A stretch of DNA of 64,000 nt from an uncultured virus (IMG/VR IMGVR_UViG_3300028888_000117). Lineage: Duplodnaviria; Heunggongvirae; Uroviricota; Caudoviricetes. This document shows positions 10,173 to 20,454 of the stretch, piece after piece (the first letter of the stretch is position 1; the number at the start of each line of letters is the position of its first letter). Location of the stretch: IMG/VR virus record IMGVR_UViG_3300028888_000117; one strand, written 5' to 3'. The notes below the pieces were generated by a model, which ran no database searches, was not told where the DNA came from, and worked only from the letters and a program-made list of their open reading frames with translations. The translations under genes and the position numbers were made by a program.

Positions 10173-11142
10173 ATACTTTAATTTTTTTATTTGAATCTTT
10201 TGTCATATATGCTTCTTTAATTATGTGATCTTCTGCAATATGATATATATGATTAATAAATTTTGTCCAAAACTTACTAAATTTATTATTTAATTCTTTA
10301 ATAATAGATTCATTAGATTTCTTATTATTATTTAATTCTCTATATACATCACAAAATTGTTCTTTATATTTTTTTGATTTTATTATATTATGATAATTTG
10401 CATAAATAGTTTTATAGTTAAAATATATTGATGTTTCAGATATATCTTTTATTGCATCTTTTATATTTTTATATTTTTTACTTTTTAATTCACCATTTAA
10501 TTGTCCTATATATGCTATTTGTTCATCTTTAAATAAATGATATATTATATCTTTACAATAATGTTTTATAAGATCTTCATTTTCTTCATGATTACTTATT
10601 ATCTTTGCATTTTGTTTATCTGCTCTATTAAATAAAGAATAATCAAATCCTGATTTTTTAATATGAATATAATCATCATAAGCATGTATTAACTCATGCA
10701 TAATAATAGAATATATATTATTTACATTATTTTTATCAAAATATAAATTAATTTCTATAAAATCAAATTTTTTACTATTAATATCATATCTTATTTCATT
10801 ATAATCATCATGGCCATCTGATGTTATATAACTACCTGCACCTTCTTTATATTTATCATTATATTTAATATGTAAATAACATTTATCAAAAAACTTATTT
10901 TGTATATTATCAGGAATACTAATAATCATATTATCATCTCCCAAATGTTCTTTTAAATAATCAAAAACATATTTTGTTGCTTCTTTACATCCATTAAATA
11001 TTCCTAATGATTCCAATAAATTTCCATATATTAATATGGGAGAATATTTATATCTTTCAATATTGCATTCTGTTATAATTAAATTATCAATATAATCAAA
11101 ATTATAATTTTGTTCAGATAAATATTCTTTTATTTTTTTCAC
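10147..11142 (-). CDS. putative zinc metallopeptidase (HExxH), paralog 1
   Basis: IMHELIHAY plus downstream E..AYI; similar to 13539-14525. Confidence 0.6.
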   Translation of the reverse strand: MKKIKEYLSEQNYNFDYIDNLIITECNIERYKYSPILIYGNLLESLGIFNGCKEATKYVFDYLKEHLGDDNMIISIPDNIQNKFFDKCYLHIKYNDKYKEGAGSYITSDGHDDYNEIRYDINSKKFDFIEINLYFDKNNVNNIYSIIMHELIHAYDDYIHIKKSGFDYSLFNRADKQNAKIISNHEENEDLIKHYCKDIIYHLFKDEQIAYIGQLNGELKSKKYKNIKDAIKDISETSIYFNYKTIYANYHNIIKSKKYKEQFCDVYRELNNNKKSNESIIKELNNKFSKFWTKFINHIYHIAEDHIIKEAYMTKDSNKKIKVFENNENTN

Positions 11143-11741
11143 ACAATTTTAGATATAATTTTATATTTCTTTGCTTGGTCAGATGTTATATACCAATCCT
11201 TTTTACATTTATATATTTCATCTAATTTATCAACAGGAATATCTGTATTTTCTTTATATATATTCCACATTAATTTATGTAGACGTTTAAGTTCTTCAGT
11301 ATTTTCTTCTACATCTTTCATTTTACCATAAACCCCACCAGCTAATGTATGATACATAAATGTTGTATTTGGATAAGCATATCTATGTTCATTATCAACT
11401 GCTAACATTATAATAGTGCCAGCACTCATAATTTTACCAACACAGAATATATTTACAACATAATCTTTATTTAATGTTTTTATCTCATCATATATAGCAA
11501 ACATTTCATGAATATATCCACCGAAAGTAGATAAATAAATATTAATAATAGGACGAGCTATTGTTACAGATAATCCTATTGATGCTAATGACGCAATATT
11601 TTGATCTATAATATCATTATCTTCACTTCTAATTTCATTAATATTATCTACTAACTTTTGCCACATTGTTTCATCTATATCACCATTTAAATAAATGTTA
11701 TGTATCTTTTCATTAAATGTCTTTATTGTAAAATCTGCCAT
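11139..11741 (-). CDS. clpP: ClpP-like serine protease
   Basis: IYLNGDI, STFGG, IMSAGT (catalytic Ser), FMYH (His), DWY (Asp). Confidence 0.85.
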   Translation of the reverse strand: MADFTIKTFNEKIHNIYLNGDIDETMWQKLVDNINEIRSEDNDIIDQNIASLASIGLSVTIARPIINIYLSTFGGYIHEMFAIYDEIKTLNKDYVVNIFCVGKIMSAGTIIMLAVDNEHRYAYPNTTFMYHTLAGGVYGKMKDVEENTEELKRLHKLMWNIYKENTDIPVDKLDEIYKCKKDWYITSDQAKKYKIISKIV

Positions 11742-11758
11742 CTATATGTTTTATATAT

Positions 11759-12073
11759 TTATTTTTTATCGTAATCAGTTTTATTGTCTCTGTTTTTTCC
11801 TATATGATAACCATCACAAAATAAACATTTATAATATGAGAAATGTGTATTATGTTTTTCTCCCATTTTTTCTGCAGACTTTTTTGCAGTCTCAACAGTA
11901 TTATACATCACTTTTGGTTTTCCTGTATGCTGGTTAATATGAGAGTTCAATGAAAATGCACCCCATGCATTACGAGTTATAAAAAAATTCGTTATAACTC
12001 TTCTTCGTTTAACTTGGTCAAGAAACCATATCTTAAAGTTTCTCCATTTTATTTTATCTAAATTGAGTATCAT
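11759..12073 (-). CDS. hypothetical protein with CxxC..H motif
   Basis: YKCLFCDGYHIG. Confidence 0.6.
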   Translation of the reverse strand: MILNLDKIKWRNFKIWFLDQVKRRRVITNFFITRNAWGAFSLNSHINQHTGKPKVMYNTVETAKKSAEKMGEKHNTHFSYYKCLFCDGYHIGKNRDNKTDYDKK

Positions 12074-12363
12074 AATTTATTTCCTTTCTTATCATATTTT
12101 TCTCCTTTACGATATATATTATTATTTTTCATATAATATATACCTAACCATTCACAAAGATCATAAAAATCTTCATTGCTAATCATATGACAACATCTAT
12201 TTTCCCAGTCATCATCAGATAATTTAAACATTAATTTAAACCAATAATCTAAACACCATCTACCACCTAGTTTTATTCCATAAAGATGATGTTCTCCACC
12301 CATACTTGCAGGTATATAATCTGATGACCAAATTTCATTACCTTGTATTTCAAACCAAGCCAT
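12070..12363 (-). CDS. hypothetical protein
   Basis: 97 aa in operon. Confidence 0.6.
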   Translation of the reverse strand: MAWFEIQGNEIWSSDYIPASMGGEHHLYGIKLGGRWCLDYWFKLMFKLSDDDWENRCCHMISNEDFYDLCEWLGIYYMKNNNIYRKGEKYDKKGNKL

Positions 12364-12390
12364 TTTATAATTTATTAATAATTTAATAAT

Positions 12391-13524
12391 TTATAATTTA
12401 ATGTAATCTTCTATATTTGGATATTTGTTTTTAATTTCATGATATTTATTAATATTAATTTGATCTTCTGAAATATAATTATTCTTCAAGAACTCTTCCA
12501 TTAATGGCCATGCAACTTCTTTTGCTGATGGTCTTGGTGCACCAGTTGTTCCTAAAGCTCTTAAATTAAAGAAATGACACCAATCAGATGCAAATGCTGT
12601 ATGAACAGAAGTTGTTTTTGTATCAAGAGGCAACATTAAAGAAGCTTTCTGTGCAGTCCAATTCTTTTTTCCAAATTTATTAGTATTCATCATATAAGCA
12701 TATTCACATACCATATTTGCAAATAACCAATAATCAACCTGTTCCATTGCAGGATAATCAGTTCCTCTTGCAACTAATTCACACATATCTTTAAGTGACA
12801 TATGATCTTTTTTACTATAAATTATTTCTTTTTCATCATCAGTAAACCAAACGGGTTCAATTATATTTAATTCTTTACCATACTTTTCTTTTGAATAATT
12901 ACAATATCTTGTTGATTCTTCTCCAACAGATTGAACTCTATGTCTATTAATATCTCGTGCCACTGCAAGATGATATGTAAATCTTACTGTATATCTTTTT
13001 TCATGTTCTTTTGTTGGTTCAGTCATCCATTGAAGAACAGAATCTTTTAATGATTCTTTGTCAATCTTATAATACCAAATATCTTTTATAATATTAAAAT
13101 CTTTATTTTCAAATATTACTCTCCAATTTGTAGTAATATAATAAAAATGTGCAGATGCTTGTGTTTGCATTCCGTAGCCTTTAATTTCAACATCAACTGT
13201 TTCATTAATCATTTTTTCTTTTACAACAGAATACTTGTTATTTTGAAAGAAAATTACAATATCCTGTTTCCACATATATTGAGGATCATCAACTGGTGTA
13301 CCTAACGGTATTGTCAAATACACTGTTCCATGTTCAAGCATTGCTCCATGATTTGCATCTTCAAGCATCTTAACAAATTTCTGATATGATGTATCTGTTA
13401 TCTTATCTTCAGATTTATAACAAGTACGACCACATATTTCAATATGTTTGAACATATCTTCAAGTAATGTTTCTTTATTATATTGTTGTTCTAATATTTC
13501 GTATTTTGGTTTGATTATATTCAT
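12391..13524 (-). CDS. thyX: FAD-dependent thymidylate synthase
   Basis: GRTCYKS, HGAMLEH, ThyX motif RHRVQSVGEESTRY, HFFNLR. Confidence 0.9.
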   Translation of the reverse strand: MNIIKPKYEILEQQYNKETLLEDMFKHIEICGRTCYKSEDKITDTSYQKFVKMLEDANHGAMLEHGTVYLTIPLGTPVDDPQYMWKQDIVIFFQNNKYSVVKEKMINETVDVEIKGYGMQTQASAHFYYITTNWRVIFENKDFNIIKDIWYYKIDKESLKDSVLQWMTEPTKEHEKRYTVRFTYHLAVARDINRHRVQSVGEESTRYCNYSKEKYGKELNIIEPVWFTDDEKEIIYSKKDHMSLKDMCELVARGTDYPAMEQVDYWLFANMVCEYAYMMNTNKFGKKNWTAQKASLMLPLDTKTTSVHTAFASDWCHFFNLRALGTTGAPRPSAKEVAWPLMEEFLKNNYISEDQININKYHEIKNKYPNIEDYIKL

Positions 13525-13538
13525 ATTTATTAATTCGC

Positions 13539-14525
13539 TTATATTTTAGTTTTCAAATAATCTTTAAAATTAATTATTTTCCTATGATGATCTTCTACAA
13601 TCTCTATTATATTATTTTCTAAAAAATGTAAACACATCTTAGGTATTATTTTTTCCACTTTAGAAATATATTTATCAATTTGATTAATAAGTTTTTTCTT
13701 TATTTTGTTATTTGTCCAATCACATTCATTAAGTTCTCTATATACATCATATATTTTATTTTGTAAATCTTCAGAATATGAATTATCAGTTAATCCATAT
13801 AATATTTCTTTTGATTGCATTATATTCTTATATGATATAGAATTCTTAACAATATTTAATGCTTCTTGTGGACCATGAATTTTATCTTTATTATTTTCTA
13901 ATTCAGATTGTAATTCTGAAATATAGGCATTTTGTTCAACCTTATTTATATGATATAAAACATCACTTAACACTCGTTTAACATTATCAAATGACATTTT
14001 ACCTTTAATAAATTTATCATAATGTTGATTATCTAATAAATCATAAAAACTTTTATTAGTTAAAAGCATACAATAATTTTGATATATATGTGTTAATTCA
14101 TGATATAATAATGATCGTAAATCACTTTCAAATTTATTCTTATTTATATCATAATGAATTTCAATATCATCAAATTTATTGTTCTTATTTAATTTCTTGT
14201 TTTTATCACTTATATAACCACCATTACTTACATTATTAGAAATTTTAATATTTATTATAAGTTTTTCAAAAAATACATTATTAAAATTATTAAAATCTTT
14301 TCCTAATATATCTAACTTAATTAAAACATATCCTTGTTTAAATTTTGATTTTGCCTTTTTAATTATATAATCTACTAATTCCTTGCATCCATCATATACT
14401 CCATATTTTTCAAATAATTCATATTGATGAGATTCTAATATATAATCAATTGCAATATGTGTTAATAATGAATCATTTATATCATTAATATTTGATTCAT
14501 TTATTTGTATCATTCGCATTATCAT
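13539..14525 (-). CDS. putative zinc metallopeptidase (HExxH), paralog 2
   Basis: LYHELTHIY plus EQNAYI; similar to 10147-11142. Confidence 0.6.
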   Translation of the reverse strand: MIMRMIQINESNINDINDSLLTHIAIDYILESHQYELFEKYGVYDGCKELVDYIIKKAKSKFKQGYVLIKLDILGKDFNNFNNVFFEKLIINIKISNNVSNGGYISDKNKKLNKNNKFDDIEIHYDINKNKFESDLRSLLYHELTHIYQNYCMLLTNKSFYDLLDNQHYDKFIKGKMSFDNVKRVLSDVLYHINKVEQNAYISELQSELENNKDKIHGPQEALNIVKNSISYKNIMQSKEILYGLTDNSYSEDLQNKIYDVYRELNECDWTNNKIKKKLINQIDKYISKVEKIIPKMCLHFLENNIIEIVEDHHRKIINFKDYLKTKI

Positions 14526-14948
14526 TATTTAAATTTATATCTTTTTACATTTTTTATGAAGTCCCATTTTTTCATAACACAGTATCTTGGAATGATAGGC
14601 TGATATTCCCACCAGTCCAAAAGATCATAATATGTAATACTATCTTTAGTAGTGTTTTCTACTATTATAGTTCTTCCTTTATATGTATATCTTGAATTAT
14701 TCTTTATTCTTCTAAAAGGATTTAACATTAATATGCAGATGATAATTTTTTAATTTGATCTATAAACTTAGCTGTAAACATAAACTTCCACCAATTTTCA
14801 GTTCTGAAATATGATCCGCGTTGCTCAGGAATCGTCTTTAAATAAACTTTTCTAAATAAATCTTGTTGCCAAATATGAACTCTTTGTCCATCATATTCAT
14901 AAATGTTATTAATCTTTGGAAATATCATAATCGTATTTAAATATTTAA

Positions 14949-15860
14949 TTAAAACATATCTTCTAAATTATTTTCTTCTTGTGGTGTTTCATGAACCGTT
15001 TTTTCATGTTCTTCTTTTTTCTTTTCAGATTCTAATATCATAAATTTCTGAATTGCAAAATTATAGAAATTTTTCATCATAACTTCATCATAAGGCATTG
15101 CTCCTTGATGTATTTGATAATTCATATTAATTTCAGGAATAATATGATCTGGCAAATTTACAATCATTACAACTATATCTTCAGGTTTTGTATCTTCAGG
15201 TAGATAACCAGAATTAAGTAATGCTTGCTTATAGAAATATAATTGTAATGTATAACGATACCAATTTAATTGAGGATACTTAAACATCGGGCCTAACATT
15301 TTCTTTGTCCATTTATCAGGAACTTTATCAATTGTTCCAGAAGATTTCCAATCAATTAATATATATTTGCCAGTACGTTTATTTCTAAATAAAGCATCAA
15401 AACGTCCATACATATACATATCTTCTTTTGTTATTGGATTCTTAACTTTAAGATAAAGATATTTTTCTCTTTCAATAAATTCGGTATCACCAGACTTACT
15501 TAATACTGAATAGAAATTATCGAAAGCATTGCAATGCGCTTTAAGACGTTCATCATAATCATATCCATTATCAAGTTTGAATAATCTTAAATCATTTTCA
15601 TTGCCTGTTAATATGCATCCAATATAATCATCAAGTAATGATCCATAATGCGTAGATGTTGCACCTTTTGCTGACCAAGCTTCACGAATCTGTTCAGCTG
15701 TCATATGATAATATTCGGATTGTGGATTATCATAATTTTTTTCATATGTTTTTTGTGCAACACCTTCAGAATCAAATGGTGTAAAAAGCATATCCAATGC
15801 ATTAGATATACTTATTTTCTTAATACTTTTATCAATGTTTAAATTTGAAAAATCTATCAT
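14949..15860 (-). CDS. PD-(D/E)XK nuclease (RecB/Cas4-like exonuclease)
   Basis: GRFDALF...IDWKS...QLYFY. Confidence 0.8.
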   Translation of the reverse strand: MIDFSNLNIDKSIKKISISNALDMLFTPFDSEGVAQKTYEKNYDNPQSEYYHMTAEQIREAWSAKGATSTHYGSLLDDYIGCILTGNENDLRLFKLDNGYDYDERLKAHCNAFDNFYSVLSKSGDTEFIEREKYLYLKVKNPITKEDMYMYGRFDALFRNKRTGKYILIDWKSSGTIDKVPDKWTKKMLGPMFKYPQLNWYRYTLQLYFYKQALLNSGYLPEDTKPEDIVVMIVNLPDHIIPEINMNYQIHQGAMPYDEVMMKNFYNFAIQKFMILESEKKKEEHEKTVHETPQEENNLEDMF

Positions 15861-15953
15861 ATATTTTAAATCATATAAATATATTAAAATATAGTTAAAT
15901 TAATTTTTGTTTACAATATATTTTTAAATTATTGTAAAGAAACTATATAATAT

Positions 15954-15981
15954 TTGAATTTTTTTATTAATGATCTATTTT
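15954..15981 (+). promoter_or_regulatory. recurring phage promoter motif TTGAAW-N16-TATWTT
   Basis: TTGAAT, 16-nt spacer ending in C, TATTTT. Lies in a divergent intergenic region; same motif recurs about 16 times. Confidence 0.65.
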
Positions 15982-16008
15982 ATATATATAATTTAAAAAC
16001 AAATAATA

Positions 16009-16332
16009 ATGAAAAAAGAAATTTGGAAACCAGTTCTTTATGAAAATTTTTGTAGTGAATACTGGATTAATTGTACAAATAGAAATTATGAAGTATCAAA
16101 TTTAGGTAGAATTCGTAACAGTAAGACAGGTAAAATTTTAAATCTTTTTGTTAAAGATAATGCCTTATATTGGACTATGCATTATAATAGACCTGATTAC
16201 TATCCTATTACTTTACAGTTTAGAGTTTCACATGTAGTATATGGGTCATTTGTAGGAAATTGTTATGATCATAAAATCTATCATAAAGATAATGACATTT
16301 TCAATAATTCTTTAGATAACCTTTATATGTAA
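16009..16332 (+). CDS. NUMOD4/HNH-type protein (possibly degenerate homing endonuclease)
   Basis: WKPV...YEVSNLGRIRN (NUMOD4) and HKDNDIFNNSLDNL (HNH-like). Confidence 0.7.
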   Translation: MKKEIWKPVLYENFCSEYWINCTNRNYEVSNLGRIRNSKTGKILNLFVKDNALYWTMHYNRPDYYPITLQFRVSHVVYGSFVGNCYDHKIYHKDNDIFNNSLDNLYM

Positions 16333-16585
16333 TTATATGACAAAAGAGAAATTTCTTAGATACGAGAATCTTCGTAAGAGCGGAAAGTATAATATGATCA
16401 TGAATATGAGTCATGTTCTTGTAGAGGCAGAACTTAATTATCATGATTATATTGATATCATTAAGAATTATTCAAAGTATTATAAAAAATATATTGGATG
16501 AATCTTCCAGAGGATATGTTTCCAGAAATAAAATGGGAAAATGAACCAATGAAAGTTGAAATAATTATTAGAAAAGAATAGAATT

Positions 16586-16945
16586 ATGGCAGCAATTAAA
16601 TCATGTACAGACATTCCTCAGTCAAAGAAGTTGGCAAAAGTATTGCCACTTGAAAGTGCGAATATGTATTATGATAGATATGGAACTCCAAGTTTTATCA
16701 ATGAATACGTATCTTTAAAGAATATTAAGAACGATAAATACAAACATCTTATTCCTTGTTGGAGTCTTGCAGCATTGTTAGATATTTTACCACCAATAGA
16801 AGGATTTCGTCCGATAATTGATTTAGACATCAACTTAATAAGATACGAAGGAAATTATCGTGATGAATTATGCTTTAATGGGAACAATCTTGTTGATGCT
16901 TGTGTGGCTATGATTGAGAAGTTACACGAAATTAAAATGATATGA
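16586..16945 (+). CDS. hypothetical protein
   Basis: 119 aa; PCWSLAALLDILP motif. Confidence 0.65.
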   Translation: MAAIKSCTDIPQSKKLAKVLPLESANMYYDRYGTPSFINEYVSLKNIKNDKYKHLIPCWSLAALLDILPPIEGFRPIIDLDINLIRYEGNYRDELCFNGNNLVDACVAMIEKLHEIKMI

Positions 16946-17188
16946 TTATGACACAAAAAGAAAAAGAACTTGTGATTATATTAGCAGCAGAATGGTTAGA
17001 ATTAAATCTTCCAGATGAAACAGATAAAAGATTTTGGATTGAAGATTTTGTTAATTATCTTGATATACAATTATGACACAAAAAGAAAAAGAATAGTTCT
17101 TAAAAATAATTTCATATATAATTGAATTTTTAATTATATTAACTATTTATAATATATAAAATCTAATAATGAAAAGTTAAATTAAAAT

Positions 17189-17617
17189 TTGATTAACATG
17201 TTTGAATATTTTAATCCAAATCCTACTTGTAAGTTTTTCAAGTCAGGTAAACCAAAAAATTGGTATGTTGATGATTCTGCTATAAGGTCAGTCGCAAAGG
17301 TTTTGAATATTTCTTGGGCTGATGCTTATGATAAGTTGTGTGAAATTGGTAAGAATCTTTTTGATATACCAACATCAAAAATTGCTTTAAATACTTTGCT
17401 TTTGAATAATGAGTTTGAATTTGTAACTTTGGGCAAACCTAAGAAAGGAAGCAGTCGTCCATTGGTTAAGGAATTCATAGAATCAATTAATCAGAATGAT
17501 ACATATGTATTAAATCTTGCTGATTATTTTGTAACTGTTGAAGATGGTAAGATTTATGATGTGTCTGATGAATGCCTTAAAAGTTCAGTTTATTCTTATT
17601 GGGTAAAGAAACAATAA
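17189..17617 (+). CDS. hypothetical protein
   Basis: 142 aa (likely start ATG 17198) downstream of promoter motif at 17122. Confidence 0.65.
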   Translation: MINMFEYFNPNPTCKFFKSGKPKNWYVDDSAIRSVAKVLNISWADAYDKLCEIGKNLFDIPTSKIALNTLLLNNEFEFVTLGKPKKGSSRPLVKEFIESINQNDTYVLNLADYFVTVEDGKIYDVSDECLKSSVYSYWVKKQ

Positions 17618-17686
17618 TTCTTATTGGGTAAAGAAACAATAATTCTTATTGGGTAAAGAAACAATAATTCTTATTGGGTAAAGAAA
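17592..17686. repeat. 25-bp tandem repeat, about 3.8 copies
   Basis: ATTCTTATTGGGTAAAGAAACAATA at 17592, 17617, 17642 and partial at 17667; no spacers. Confidence 0.95.
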
Positions 17687-17768
17687 AAATTAAATTGTAA
17701 TAATAGTAAAATTTGTTTGCATATAAGTTCTATTTTATATAAATATCAAATATATAGAATTATATGTA

Positions 17769-18296
17769 ATGACAGATACATTGGTTATTAATTTAATTGG
17801 TGGTCCTTGTAGTGGCAAGTCAACCGTTGCAGCTGAATTATTTGCAAGACTTAAGAAAATGGGTGTTCATTGTGAATTGGTTTCTGAATATATTAAAGAT
17901 AGAATTTATGAAGAAAACAAAACAATGCCAAGTAATCAGATTGCAATATTTGGAATGGAACATTATAATATTTCAACTAAAATTGGAAAGGTTGATGTAA
18001 TTGTGCATGATGGATCTTTTCTAAATAATGTTGTATACAAAGTTGAAGACAATAAAGAATTTGATGATCTTATTATAAGTGAATATAAGAAGTTTAAAAA
18101 TTTAGATTTTTTTATTAAACGTGGAAATATTGAATTTGAAGATTATGGAAGGATTCATAATTTGAAACAATCCAAAGAATTAGATAAGATCATTAAAGAA
18201 ACATACGAAAGATACGAATTATCATATATTGAGGTAGAAGCAAGAGATGCTGTAGATAAAATGATACCAATAATACTTAAAAAGTTAAATGAATGA
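17769..18296 (+). CDS. P-loop nucleotide kinase (NadR/AAA_28-like)
   Basis: INLIGGPCSGKST Walker A; VSEY; YGRIH. Confidence 0.75.
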   Translation: MTDTLVINLIGGPCSGKSTVAAELFARLKKMGVHCELVSEYIKDRIYEENKTMPSNQIAIFGMEHYNISTKIGKVDVIVHDGSFLNNVVYKVEDNKEFDDLIISEYKKFKNLDFFIKRGNIEFEDYGRIHNLKQSKELDKIIKETYERYELSYIEVEARDAVDKMIPIILKKLNE

Positions 18297-18587
18297 TTTG
18301 TGGAAGTTGGACAACAGGTGAATATTTCAATTATAGATTTACAGGGGATGATGTGGTTGAACTTTGGAATTTAACCACAGATTCTACATTTGTATCTTAT
18401 GAAAGATGGTTAGAAGAATATTATATTAAAGATAAATGGGGAAGTATTAAATGAAACAAGAATTAAAAAGATGAAATAAAAGAGATCATTATATACTTTA
18501 TAATTGGAACAATATTTATATTAGGATAGCTTTGGCATATAGGATATTTTAAAAATAAGTTATTAACATTTTAAATAAAATTAAATT

Positions 18588-19022
18588 ATGGAAAAAATTA
18601 CTCGTAAGACACTTGTAAAGAATTTGACAAATGTAAAGAACAAGATTGATGAGCTCCGTGAAAAGGAGTATGTATTTAACACAAAACGTGCAGTTCCTGG
18701 ATATGGGGATATTTCTGCAATTACTGGTGTTAAGGTTTTGATTAATACATATAATTATTTGCATCACCAAGTAAAGAAGAATGATGCCGCAATTACAGGG
18801 CTTGGTTTGGATAAGCTCGGTATTGATCTTGGAGAAGATTCAAAGATTTTGGGATATACAATTGAAGAGTGGGATGCAGATTTGAAGACTGCTGCAGAAC
18901 GTATTGCAGATGTACAAACATTAGCTAATCTTCAGAAGGCCCGTGATATTCTTGAGAAGAATCTTGGTGAGGACGAGAAGTTTGAAATGGATATGAATTC
19001 CGTAGCAGAATTGCTTGTGTAA
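18588..19022 (+). CDS. hypothetical protein
   Basis: 144 aa followed by a hairpin. Confidence 0.7.
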   Translation: MEKITRKTLVKNLTNVKNKIDELREKEYVFNTKRAVPGYGDISAITGVKVLINTYNYLHHQVKKNDAAITGLGLDKLGIDLGEDSKILGYTIEEWDADLKTAAERIADVQTLANLQKARDILEKNLGEDEKFEMDMNSVAELLV

Positions 19023-20454
19023 TATGAGTAAGAAGAATACTATTAATAAAGATGAGGGACAGATTATCCCTCATCTTTTAGATAGTACATCTGATTACAA
19101 TAATTTTTCTAATTTATCATATTTTATTGGTGAATATAAGAAAGCTGTTCAAATTATAAAACAATGTAATAATTTTTATTATCAGTTTTTAAGAACAAAA
19201 CTATATAGTTATGATCAATTAAAAGATATCAATATTAATCCTTATATTGTTAATATATATAAAGATGAATATTGTAAGCATTGCAGACAATTAGAAGAAT
19301 ATATTGTAAACAGATGGCTAGAAAAGGAAATTAATCGTTCATTGAAAACTTATAAGCTTGTTTTCAATGCAGAATGCTATATCAATAAAATTCAAGCTTC
19401 TTATTGGAACCCAAGATATAATGAATGGGAATTAATGCCTTCTGAAGATAGTTATATTAAAGATTTTAAATATTTACAAAAATTTAAATTTCATTTTACC
19501 AATGATATAGAACATAAAAAAGATCCACAATATACAAAAGATTCAGATATTGTGTTTGGTGAAAAAATATTATTGGAATATGTTAATCCAAAATTAATAG
19601 ATGAAAATGAAGTATTTGATCTAACATTATATCAGTGTGATTATGAGTTAAATAAGAAAACAAATAAATATGAAGATGTTTATACACCTTTGAAAAAAAC
19701 TGTTAAATGTACATTACTTAAATCTGAAGAAAACAAATTAATAAGTATCTTAAGAGAAGCAGCAGTACGTTTTGATAAATTATATGATAAGATTAAAAAG
19801 AATCCTGAAAAATATATTAAAGAATGGAATGAATACCGTGAATTTGTAAAAAATAATTACAAATATATTCATATCTATACGCATAATGGATATTATGTTA
19901 ATGAAGGATATGAAGGTGCTATAATTGATAAAGAAAAAGAACAACGTAGAGATGCAGTTGATGCATTATTCTTTCCATTAGAATTGATTATTGATAATGA
20001 TACATATCTTTTTGAAGGATATCATTACGTAAATGATAAAGGATTTAAAGAACGTTCTTTATTTGATGAAGACCAAAGATGCAATCCTATATATTATACA
20101 AAACTATTAAATGAATATCTTATACCAAATTATGGAGAGTATTATGAAAAGGAAAAGGAACGTTGGTTTGAAGAAAACAAAAAAGATTGGTATTATATAG
20201 TAATTGATAGTATTGCATATAGATTCACAAATTATATTGAAGGCGTTAAGATTCAACTTAAAGAAGAAGATAATATATTACAATGTGATTATGAAACTAA
20301 AGAACGTCATCAGAAGTGGAAATGGCCAAGTGATAGTCCTTATATAGTTACTAAGGAATCATATGATCTTCGTTTTAGTACATTAACAAATGAACCCGTT
20401 TATTATCATATGTATAAAGATACTTATGAAGAACAAACTAAAAGAAATTATTGA
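19015..20454 (+). CDS. hypothetical protein (start uncertain)
   Basis: 479-aa open frame; 5' end contains a terminator-like hairpin. Confidence 0.7.
   Translation: MCNMSKKNTINKDEGQIIPHLLDSTSDYNNFSNLSYFIGEYKKAVQIIKQCNNFYYQFLRTKLYSYDQLKDININPYIVNIYKDEYCKHCRQLEEYIVNRWLEKEINRSLKTYKLVFNAECYINKIQASYWNPRYNEWELMPSEDSYIKDFKYLQKFKFHFTNDIEHKKDPQYTKDSDIVFGEKILLEYVNPKLIDENEVFDLTLYQCDYELNKKTNKYEDVYTPLKKTVKCTLLKSEENKLISILREAAVRFDKLYDKIKKNPEKYIKEWNEYREFVKNNYKYIHIYTHNGYYVNEGYEGAIIDKEKEQRRDAVDALFFPLELIIDNDTYLFEGYHYVNDKGFKERSLFDEDQRCNPIYYTKLLNEYLIPNYGEYYEKEKERWFEENKKDWYYIVIDSIAYRFTNYIEGVKIQLKEEDNILQCDYETKERHQKWKWPSDSPYIVTKESYDLRFSTLTNEPVYYHMYKDTYEEQTKRNY
19048..19079 (+). terminator. intrinsic terminator-like hairpin
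   Basis: AAAGATGAGGGA/TCCCTCATCTTT. Lies inside the 5' end of the next ORF as called. Confidence 0.55.

Noticed and set aside
14949..15860. Cas4 of a CRISPR system
   Set aside because: Lacks the four-Cys cluster and any cas context; it is a solo PD-(D/E)XK nuclease.
17592..17686. CRISPR array
   Set aside because: Head-to-tail 25-bp units with no spacers and no cas genes.
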